A DNA stretch of 64,000 nucleotides from contig OZ219815.1 in assembly GCA_964291235.2 (NCBI GenBank), positions 32,001-96,000 on the forward strand, read 5' to 3'. The notes beneath the pieces were generated by a model. That model saw nothing but the letters and a program-made list of their open reading frames with translations. It made no database searches and was not told where the DNA came from. Below, piece by piece: positions 9,752-17,659 of the stretch. Origin of the DNA: Vicinamibacteria bacterium (GTDB lineage: Bacteria > Acidobacteriota > Vicinamibacteria > Marinacidobacterales > Marinacidobacteraceae). The translations under genes and the position numbers were made by a program. Position 1 is the first letter of the stretch. Each line of letters starts with the position of its first letter.

Positions 9752-10695
9752 TGCGCGCCTTCGAATACACGAGTCCCCGGACCGCCGAGGACGCGGTCCG
9801 GATGCTGTCCACCGAGGGCGCCGTAGCGCTCGCCGGCGGCACGGACCTGCTGAGCCTGATGAAGGACGGGGCGGCGGCGCCGTCGCGCCTCGTCAACCTG
9901 AAGGCGATTCAGGATCTCAGCGGGGCTCACGAGACCGACGGTGGACTCCACATCGGCGCCACCACCCGGCTGGGGCCGCTCGGAGAGCACCGCGCGATCC
10001 GCGAGTCCTTTCCGGCGGTCGCCCAGGCCATCGCCGGAGTCCGCAGCCGACAGGTGCTGTCGATGCGGACCGTCGGCGGCGACCTCTGCCAGCGGCCCCG
10101 CTGCTGGTATTTCCGCGCCGGTTTCGGGCTCGTCCCGATGCACGACGGGGCGTCCATGGCGAAGACGGGCGACAACCGCTACCACGCGATCTTCGGAAAC
10201 TCGGGGGCCGCGGTCTTCGTGAACCCGTCGAGCCTCGCGCCGGCGCTGATCGCGCTGGGCGCGTCGGCGACCGTTCTCGGCCCGGACGGTGAGCGGACGA
10301 TGGCGGTCGAAGACCTCTACCGCACGCCGATGTCGAGCGACGAGAGCGAGTTCACGCTCGGAGCCGCCGAGATCGTCACCGGGGTCACGATCCCGATGCG
10401 GGCGAGCAACAACGCCACCTACGAGGTCCGGAACCGGAAGGGCTTCGACTGGCCGCTCGCCACCGCCTCGGTCGCGATGGGCGACGGCGGCGGCCGGGTG
10501 GTGCTCGGGCACGTTGCCCCGACCCCCTGGATGAGCGCCGCGGCAGCCGGGGCGCTCGCCGGCGGGATCAGCGAGGCCAGCGCCGAAGCGGCGGGTGACG
10601 CCGCGGTGGCGGATGCATCCGCGCTCTCCGGAAACGCTTACAAGATCCAGCTCGCGCGGGTCGCGGTGAAACGCGCCGCGCTCGCTGCCATGTGA
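9751..10695 (+). CDS. Xanthine dehydrogenase family FAD-binding (medium) subunit, PaoB-like
   Basis: AGGTDLL, TVGGDLCQRPRCWYFR, PSSLAPALIAL, RVVLGHVAPTPW, NAYKI; TGATG coupling to the large subunit. Confidence 0.92.
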   Translation: MRAFEYTSPRTAEDAVRMLSTEGAVALAGGTDLLSLMKDGAAAPSRLVNLKAIQDLSGAHETDGGLHIGATTRLGPLGEHRAIRESFPAVAQAIAGVRSRQVLSMRTVGGDLCQRPRCWYFRAGFGLVPMHDGASMAKTGDNRYHAIFGNSGAAVFVNPSSLAPALIALGASATVLGPDGERTMAVEDLYRTPMSSDESEFTLGAAEIVTGVTIPMRASNNATYEVRNRKGFDWPLATASVAMGDGGGRVVLGHVAPTPWMSAAAAGALAGGISEASAEAAGDAAVADASALSGNAYKIQLARVAVKRAALAAM

Positions 10696-10706
10696 GGGGA
10701 TAGACG

Positions 10707-10967
10707 ATGGCCACGAAAACAACCGTTCCGAAGAGCGCCGTTCCGGGAGCCACCGGGCGCGCCGCTTTCTCGCTCTGCCACCGTCTTCGCTCCAAGGCGA
10801 TGTACATGGACGTCGAGTACGACCCGAGCGTGCCCGGCGGAGTCCCCGGCGACGGCTACTTCTGGTGCACGCACACGCAGAACTGCCTCGGCCCCGACGG
10901 GCGGGTGGCCGACCGCGAGCAGTGCACCGAGGGTTCCGGGCGGAGCTGTTTCGAGCGCGCCTGGTAG
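10707..10967 (+). CDS. Small Cys/His-rich hypothetical protein (86 aa)
   Basis: RBS GAGGGG; five Cys in CHRLRSK..YFWCTHTQNCLGPDG..C..C; co-oriented 11 bp after the FAD subunit. Confidence 0.7.
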   Translation: MATKTTVPKSAVPGATGRAAFSLCHRLRSKAMYMDVEYDPSVPGGVPGDGYFWCTHTQNCLGPDGRVADREQCTEGSGRSCFERAW

Positions 10968-11075
10968 GCGGCAGACCTCCGTCCCTGAGCCGCGTGAAGC
11001 GGCGCTTCGCCCCTGTTAGACTGTGCCCTTCGGGCTGGCCGCACCGAGCCGCGGTCTCCCGATGGAGGTAGCGTC

Positions 11076-11756
11076 ATGAAGATTTCCCGTTTCCTGCTGG
11101 CAGCCACGTTCCTCGCCATGGGCGCGATGGCTTTCGCCGCCGGTCCTGGCGAGGCGGACACCTCGCTTGAGGGCCTTTACCTCGAGGCCCGCACCGCCGA
11201 CGTGTACGCCGGTCATTGCTTCGCGAACAGCGAGGTTGGACTGGACGGGCAGGAAGCCGTGCTCGCCTGGAACGTCTCCGCGGGGACGTACGAAGGCGTG
11301 GAGCTGTCCGGCCTGTCGGTGGTTGCCGTGGTGAAGGCGCAGGCCACCCTGGGAGATCCCCATGACAACCCGTATCCGGCGGATTCGGTGCTGATCGTGG
11401 ACGAGAACGCGAACGCCGACCAGCGGAGCGCCCTTATCCAGCTCGCCCACGACATGGGCGGCGAACTGCTCGACAACGTCCTCAACGTCCGTGACGCCGC
11501 GGTGGCCGCCGACTTCGAGAGCCGTCCGGGGCACGCCTCGCTGACCGCGGGCGAACTGGTCGAGATCAAGACGCGGGCGATCACCCACAAGGATCACCTC
11601 TGCGGCAGCGAGTTCGTGTACTACCCGCCGCTGACCGAGATCGCCGACGCGATGCCGGCCTATACCGAGGCCCACGCGTTCCGCGGCGACGACTTCAACA
11701 CCACCTGGAGTTGCCCGCTGAAGCGGAGCGCCTTCCTCGGCACCTTCGTCCGCTAG
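11076..11756 (+). CDS. Secreted DUF1326-like protein
   Basis: GGAGG RBS, Sec signal; YLEARTADVYAGHCFANSE...AWNV..G.Y.GV.L.GL.VVAVV and LIVDENA...QR.AL resemble DUF1326. Confidence 0.7.
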   Translation: MKISRFLLAATFLAMGAMAFAAGPGEADTSLEGLYLEARTADVYAGHCFANSEVGLDGQEAVLAWNVSAGTYEGVELSGLSVVAVVKAQATLGDPHDNPYPADSVLIVDENANADQRSALIQLAHDMGGELLDNVLNVRDAAVAADFESRPGHASLTAGELVEIKTRAITHKDHLCGSEFVYYPPLTEIADAMPAYTEAHAFRGDDFNTTWSCPLKRSAFLGTFVR

Positions 11757-11777
11757 TCCGGACAAGCTCCCCGCGTC

Positions 11778-12437
11778 ATGAGCTTCCCCCGGCGACTGCC
11801 TCGCCTGTTCCTGCCCGCGGGCATCCTGCTCGCCGCCTCGCTTGCTCTCGGTAGCGATCAGCCAACCCTCGCGGCCGCCGACGGCGCCCCGCCCGAAGGC
11901 GTCTCGGACGAAATCCGGGCGGCGGTGAACGCCGACGGCATCCGGGCCACGCTCGGTTCGGGGGTGAACCTCGACTTCTGGCTCCGGACCGATGCTCCCG
12001 GCGGCGGCGGAACGAACCCGGGAGCCACCTTCCCCGACCTCAAGGTGGGGACGCTGGTCGGAGTCGTCCGGATCGACGGCCCCTGGTCCGACTACAAGGG
12101 GAACCCCATCGAGCCGAACGTCTTCACCATGCGCTACGGGAACCGCCCGGAGGACGGCAACCACATGGGCGTCTCCGTCCATCTGGACTACGTGCTGCTC
12201 GTGCCGGTCGCCGAGGACATGACGCTCGACGTCGAGTGGGGACAGGACGACCTGAACATCATGAGCTTCGCGGCCACCGGTATCGGCCACCCCGCGGTGA
12301 TGAGTCTGGCGCCCAACTGGGACGGGATCAGCGAGCCCGCGATCTTCCAGGACGACGCCGGCGGCTGGGCGCTCGGTCATCCCTGGGACGGCGGTCTCAC
12401 CCTTGGCTTCGTCGTGGACGGCGAAGGCGAGCACTAA
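11778..12437 (+). CDS. Secreted conserved hypothetical protein
   Basis: Signal peptide; GTLVGVVRI...DYKG..I.P.VFTMRY..RPEDGNHMGV..DYVLLVP; last gene of the operon. Confidence 0.75.
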   Translation: MSFPRRLPRLFLPAGILLAASLALGSDQPTLAAADGAPPEGVSDEIRAAVNADGIRATLGSGVNLDFWLRTDAPGGGGTNPGATFPDLKVGTLVGVVRIDGPWSDYKGNPIEPNVFTMRYGNRPEDGNHMGVSVHLDYVLLVPVAEDMTLDVEWGQDDLNIMSFAATGIGHPAVMSLAPNWDGISEPAIFQDDAGGWALGHPWDGGLTLGFVVDGEGEH

Positions 12438-12439
12438 GT

Positions 12440-12692
12440 CCGGGCGGACCCGGAAGGGGGCGCGCCACGTGCGCTCGTGGCGTGACGGCCCTCGGACGTT
12501 GTAGTCGCGCCCCCTTCCGGGTCCGCTCGGCGCCCCCCCACCGGGAGAACTGGCGCGCCGGAATCGAAACTCCCTTGCCCGCCTCCGGCGTGCTGCGGCG
12601 AGTTCCGATTTGGGTTGCCATTTTGTGAAAGGGGGAGCACCCCCTTTCACACTTTCCCCCCAATCAGGCGGCCAGCGAACAAGTTCGCTGCC
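12440..12692 (-). repeat. Dispersed multi-hairpin element, copy B
   Basis: Reverse complement: GGCAGCGAAC-TT-GTTCGCTG; GGGGAAAGTGTGAAAGGGGG-TGCT-CCCCCTTTCACA; AATCGGAACTC..GAGTTTCGATT; 25-bp inverted repeat 12440-12464/12506-12530 with 1 mismatch. Confidence 0.85.
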
Positions 12693-12693
12693 G

Positions 12694-13610
12694 GGGACGG
12701 ACCCTCACCAGCGCAAACGGCGGGCGACCGTAACGGAACGCCGGCCTCCAGGCCGGCACAGCCCCGCGAAGCAGGGCGGCGGGACGGCCCCTCACGAGCA
12801 CAAACAGCGGGCGACCGCAACGGAACGCCGGCCTCCAGGCCGGCACAGCCCCGCGAAGCGGGGCGGCGGGACGGACCCTCACCAGCGCAAACAGCGGGCG
12901 ACCGCAAGGGAACGCCGGCCTCCAGGCCGGCACAGCCCCGCGAAGCGGGGCGGCGGGACGGACCCTCACCAGCGCAAACAGCGGGCGACCGCAAGGGAAC
13001 GCCGGCCTCCAGGCCGGCACAGCCCCGCGAAGCGGGGCGGCGGGACGGACCCTCACCAGCGCAAACAGCGGGCGACCGCAAGGGAACGCCGGCCTCCAGG
13101 CCGGCACAGCCCCGCGAAGCGGGGCGGCGGGACGGACCCTCACCAGCGCAAACAGCGGGCGACCGCAAGGGAACGCCGGCCTCCAGGCCGGCACAGCCCC
13201 GCGAAGCGGGGCGGCGGGACGGACCCTCACCAGCGCAAACAGCGGGCGACCGCAAGGGAACGCCGGCCTCCAGGCCGGCACAGCCCCGCGAAGCGGGGCG
13301 GCGGGACGGACTCTCACCAGCACAAACAGCGGGCGACCGCAACGGAACGCCGGCCTCCAGGCCGGCACAGCCCCGCGAAGCGGGGCGACGGGACCGACCC
13401 TCACGAGCGCAAACAGCGGGCGACCGCAACGGAACGCCGGCCTCCAGGCCGGCACAGCCCCGCGAAGCAGGGCGGCGGGACGGCCCCTCACGAGCACAAA
13501 CAGCGGGCGACCGCAACGGAACGCCGGCCTCCAGGCCGGCACAGCCCCGCGAAGCGGGGCGGCGGGACGGACCCTCACGAGCGCAAACGGCGCCGACCGT
13601 AAAGAAACGC
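12694..13610. repeat. Tandem array of 10 full + 1 partial 87-bp REP-like units (array 2)
   Basis: Units start at 12694, 12781, 12868 ... 13564; each carries GCCGGCC-TCCA-GGCCGGC and GCCCCGC-GAA-GCGGGGC hairpins; reverse-complement homologue of array 1. Confidence 0.97.
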
Positions 13611-13622
13611 TCCTCGCGCCCC

Positions 13623-14750
13623 TCAGTGCTCCAGTTCGCAGCGGAGCGGCCAATCCCCCGCGGGCAGCTTTACCTCCACCGAGCGGGAACCGGCCGCCAC
13701 GCCCGACGCCGGCTGCAGAAACCGGCTTTCGGCAACATCCAGACAATCCGGGCGCCCGTGGCCGTAGTAGTCGTCACGGCCCACGTCAATGAAGGTCTCT
13801 CCCCCGCGGGGTTGTCTGTCCACGCCCTGAAACATCAGATCGTTCTCGACGTCGTCCACGTGCGAGCCCTGGATGTAGTTCGGCGAACAGCTCGCCACCG
13901 CGCCGAAGACGTGGAAAAACTCGTGGACCATGATCACCTCGAAGGTGGAGACGGTCTCGTCATCAATGCCGAGTTCCCCGTCGCTGCACCCAAGATACAC
14001 AGCCCCTGCCCGGCCGAAGAGCGGAGCGCTCCCGCAGAGCCCCGCCACTGAACCCTCGTAGTAGATGGCGAGGATCTTGTCGCCGGTGATTTCCAGCCGA
14101 CGCGCCGCGCGCAGGATGTCATTGACTGTGCCCCCCGCGGTGCCATCACCCTCCTGGTGGGTGAACGGCAGCCGCAGGAACGAAACGTCCGGCCGCCCCT
14201 GGTAGGTGTCGAGACGCACGGTCTGCCCGATTTCTTCGGCGAGCCAGTTCTGAATCCCCAGGACGGAGCGCTCGACTTCCCCGAACCGGTCGCGGTTTCG
14301 ATCCTCCACGTCGCTGGGGACGGCGTACACGAAGTGGACCTGGGGGCCGCTGATGTCATCCGGCCGGTCCCTGGTGCTCCGCGGAATCGGATCTTCCACA
14401 CCCATCTCCAGCTCCGCTTCGAAGCCCTCGAAGGTGGCCGTCAGTACCGCAGCCCCGGCCCCGACGCCTACGGCGAAACCCTCCTCGTCGATCTCGACCA
14501 CATCCGGATCGGATGAGGTCCATACGGCGGAAACGGTTCCCGTGGTGCCGTCGTCGTAGTTCCCGTAAACCACCAGCGGGCCGATCCGCTGCCCGACGCG
14601 GAGGTCACTGCGCGGAACGAACGGCTCGAGGCCGGTGAGCTGGCGCGGCGGCCGCGGCGGAGTCGGCGGTGGAGCGGTGGGCGACACCCCGTCTCCGCCG
14701 CAGGAGGCGAAGAAAACAAAGAACGGAAGAAGAAGAGCCGCGCGTCTCAC
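13623..14750 (-). CDS. Lipoprotein with Ig-like (Big_2-like) domain and putative zinc metallopeptidase domain
   Basis: FASC lipobox, Pro-rich linker, VWTSSDPDVVEIDEEG Ig-like motif, MVHEFFHVFG HExxH. Confidence 0.75.
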   Translation of the reverse strand: MRRAALLLPFFVFFASCGGDGVSPTAPPPTPPRPPRQLTGLEPFVPRSDLRVGQRIGPLVVYGNYDDGTTGTVSAVWTSSDPDVVEIDEEGFAVGVGAGAAVLTATFEGFEAELEMGVEDPIPRSTRDRPDDISGPQVHFVYAVPSDVEDRNRDRFGEVERSVLGIQNWLAEEIGQTVRLDTYQGRPDVSFLRLPFTHQEGDGTAGGTVNDILRAARRLEITGDKILAIYYEGSVAGLCGSAPLFGRAGAVYLGCSDGELGIDDETVSTFEVIMVHEFFHVFGAVASCSPNYIQGSHVDDVENDLMFQGVDRQPRGGETFIDVGRDDYYGHGRPDCLDVAESRFLQPASGVAAGSRSVEVKLPAGDWPLRCELEH

Positions 14751-14842
14751 GGTGTTCTAGCCTAGCGTGAGGCGTCTCGGATTCCCGGGAGGACCGGAAT
14801 ACACTCGCCGCTCCCCTCCCCTACCCCCAAGGACCTCCCGAC

Positions 14843-15541
14843 ATTCCCCCGACCGAGCCGCACGCGACGACCGAGGCGACCTCCACGAACGCCGCCGGCA
14901 TCCTCCTCGCCGCCGGCGAGTCGAAGCGGATGCGCCGCGTAAAGGCCCTCCTCCCCCACCCGGACGGCTCCGGCCGCACCCTGATCCGCGCCGCCGCCGA
15001 AACCATGCTGGAAGCGGGCCTCGCTCCGCTGGTGGTAGTGCTCGGCCACGCTCACCGGGAGGTAGCGCCCGAACTCAGGGGGCTCGCGGTGCGGGCGGTC
15101 CCAAACCCCGCCTACCAGCGGGGCATGCTCTCCTCTCTCCAGATCGGGATCCGCGCCCTGGCCGCTGAGCGACAGGTCTTCTGGGCGGTGGTCGCCCCGC
15201 TGGATCAGCCGTTCCTTTCCGCCGTGCTCATCCGACGACTGCTGAGCGCCGCGACGGAACCCACCCGGCCTCCGGCGGCGGCGGTTCCCGCCACCCCGGC
15301 GATGGAGCGCACCGGAACCTGGGGCCTGCCGGTAGTGCTCCGCCGGCGCCTCTTCCCGGAGGTGCTCGAACTCTCGGGGACCCGGGCCACGGACGCCGGC
15401 GGCCGGGACCGTGGCGCCGGTCGCGTTCTCATGCGGCACCGCGGCGACCTGGTGGTGGTCGCCGCATCCGAACGGGAGCTTCTCGACCTCGACGACTGGC
15501 AGAGCTACGAACGGGCGCGGCATTCTTCGGCAGACGCATGA
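14843..15541 (+). CDS. Nucleotidyltransferase, MocA-like molybdenum cofactor cytidylyltransferase (start uncertain, possibly ATT)
   Basis: GILLAAGESKRM lies upstream of the first ATG (14930); also NPAYQRGMLSSL, DQP, GDxGA-like DRGAG and DLDDWQSY. Confidence 0.78.
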   Translation: MPPTEPHATTEATSTNAAGILLAAGESKRMRRVKALLPHPDGSGRTLIRAAAETMLEAGLAPLVVVLGHAHREVAPELRGLAVRAVPNPAYQRGMLSSLQIGIRALAAERQVFWAVVAPLDQPFLSAVLIRRLLSAATEPTRPPAAAVPATPAMERTGTWGLPVVLRRRLFPEVLELSGTRATDAGGRDRGAGRVLMRHRGDLVVVAASERELLDLDDWQSYERARHSSADA

Positions 15542-16248
15542 CGATTCCCCTGCCCCCGCTCCCGGCTCTCGCGCTCAGCTACGGCTCGGTCGGCGCGCTG
15601 GTGCTGGCCGCGGAGCTGCTCCGCCGGGCCGGCAGACTCTCCTCAGACGCGACGCGCAAGGTCATCCACACGGGCGTCGGGCTCTGGATCGTTCCCACCG
15701 TCTTCGTGTTCGCTGACTGGCGGGTGGCGATCGTGCCGCCCCTGACGTTCCTGGTGGCGAACTACGTGATCCACCGCTTCCGGCTGCTGCCCGCACTCGA
15801 CGGCGACCCGGCGAACCTCGGCACCGTCTTCTTCCCCCTTTCCTTCACGCTGTTGCTCGCGGTCTTCTTTCGGCCCGGGGAACCCGGCAACCAGGCATTC
15901 CTGGCGGTGGCCGGACTGCTCACCATGGCGCTCGGTGACTCCGCCGCCGCCATCTTCGGCAAACGCTACGGAACCCGCCGGTACACCATCCTGGGCCATT
16001 CACGGACCATGGAGGGGAGCATGGCGATGTTCCTCGTCACCGGGGTGGTGGTCGCTGCGGTGCTGAACGCCATGGCGGGCTTTTCCTGGCACCCCGCGGT
16101 TGCCTTCGGACTGGTGACCGGCACGGCCGCCGCCGGGATCGAAGCCGTCTGCCCCTTCGGCAGCGACAACCTGTTCGTGCCGCTCGGGACGGCGGGGGTG
16201 CTCTGGGTGCTCGTGGAGGTGAGCGGCGCGGCGCTGGGGGTGGGCTGA
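15538..16248 (+). CDS. Polyprenol/phytol/dolichol kinase family membrane protein (CTP-dependent)
   Basis: RKVIH, GDSAAAIFGKRYG, SRTMEGS, SDNLFVP; multiple TM helices. Confidence 0.85.
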   Translation: MTIPLPPLPALALSYGSVGALVLAAELLRRAGRLSSDATRKVIHTGVGLWIVPTVFVFADWRVAIVPPLTFLVANYVIHRFRLLPALDGDPANLGTVFFPLSFTLLLAVFFRPGEPGNQAFLAVAGLLTMALGDSAAAIFGKRYGTRRYTILGHSRTMEGSMAMFLVTGVVVAAVLNAMAGFSWHPAVAFGLVTGTAAAGIEAVCPFGSDNLFVPLGTAGVLWVLVEVSGAALGVG

Positions 16249-16356
16249 GCGCGCGCGTGGCCCCGGGCGGGGATAGCAACACGCGTGCTTCGTTCCCCCG
16301 CGGGGATCGATACGACGCTTCCCTCCGGTAAGGTTTCCGCTTCGCCGCATCCGGCT

Positions 16357-17458
16357 ATGTCCATCATTTCTCTTGACAAAGGGCGCGCTCTCGGGGCCGC
16401 GGTGGCCAGCGTGACCTGGCGCTCGCTGCAGGTCGCCGCGGCGATCGCGGTGGTGGTGGTCCCGTTCGGCTACGCCATCACCGACGTAAACGACGACGTC
16501 CTGATGGGCGCGCTCGCCGGCCTTACCGTCGGGATCGGGCTCAACCTGCGGATGGGCGCGCGGAACGGCCGGTCCGTCGGCATCCTGATCGGTACGACCG
16601 TCGGAGCCGTGACGGCCCTGATCGCCGGCCTCATTCCGGGGAACCCCTGGGGCGCGCTCATCACGCCGGTCCTGGCGCTCGGCATCGGCTTGACCGACGG
16701 GCTGGGCGAAACACGCATTCGCGGTTACCGGGATGCACTCCAGGAAGCGGCTCTCCTCTCCGGTCTCCTCGGTGCCGGACTGCTGTTCGTGCCGGGCGGG
16801 TTTATCGGTACGTTGGGATGCGTCTTCATGATCGGCCCCAACGCCCTCTACGTGGGGATATTCAACCGCAACCACGAGGGCCGGCGCTATTCGCGTCCGC
16901 CGATCGGGCTCCTGTTCGCCTGGGTGGCCGTACTTGCCTTGGTCACGTATCTGGTGATGCATGAGACCGAACCGCACGGATCCCTGGACGCGAGCCTGCT
17001 CTCCGCCTTCTCCGCGCTGGTGGTAGTGCCCATCCCGACGTTCCTGGCCGCCCGCACCTTCGCGATCTGGATCGAGCCGCGCCTGCGCCTCTACGTCCAG
17101 CTTGCCGACTACCTGCGGGTGATGTGGGTTCCGATCGGCGGCTTCGCCGTCGGCTACCTCGCGATCATCGTGATCTTCTCCGGATTCTTCGGAATGCTCG
17201 AGCGCTTCGTCCCGGAGTCGTTCAACGGCGCCGCGGGCGCGGGTGTGTCTGGACTGGATCGCCTTCTCCTTCTACTCGGCCATTGCCGACCCCAGCTCGG
17301 CGATCCGGGCGACTTCCGGGCTGGCCCGCTTCCTGGTCGGAACCCAGCTCGTCTTTTCCATCGGCTGGGCGCTCGTGGTGTTCGCCGCGGTGATGTCCGC
17401 CATCCAGCCGCAACTGGACGCGATCTCCCGCCGCAGCGCGGAAAACGGCGACTCTTAA
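16357..17458 (+). pseudogene. Multi-TM membrane protein with C-terminal ion-channel pore-like region, frameshifted near 17243-17249
   Basis: Hydrophobic frame runs to ...ESFNGAAGAGV then loses protein-like character; the adjacent frame continues LDWIAFSFYSAIADPSSAIRATSGLARFLVGTQLVFSIGWALVVFAAV to TAA 17456-58; one extra base in GGTGTGTCTG. Confidence 0.65.
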
Positions 17459-17659
17459 CAGCCTGTGGCAAAACCCCCGCGGCCCAGTTCTCCCGGTGGG
17501 GGCTCAAGCGGCGATGCATCCCGTCTGAACCGCGCCGCCGTGCGGCGCTCATCGTTGCGTTTCGGTCGAAATACACCCGGTATTCCTCCCTCACGCGCCT
17601 TGTCAGCCGGGCGCCTCGCCACTCTCGGCGCTCACGGGGGTTTCACCACAGGCTGTTAA
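17455..17659. mobile_element. MITE (197 bp) with 21-bp terminal inverted repeats and TTAA flanks
   Basis: TTAA-CAGCCTGTGGCAAAACCCCCG ... CGGGGGTTTCACCACAGGCTG-TTAA (19/21 match); no transposase inside. Confidence 0.85.

Noticed and set aside
12694-13610. CRISPR array
   Set aside because: Units are near-identical over their whole length (no unique spacers), the 87-bp period is long, and there are no cas genes in the window; the same applies to 2311-2749.
12610-14051. Long repetitive ORFs (330, 478, 289, 360 aa) across array 2
   Set aside because: They are open only because 87 is a multiple of 3 and the DNA is GC-rich; the homologous 89-bp array breaks frame, so conservation is at hairpin level.
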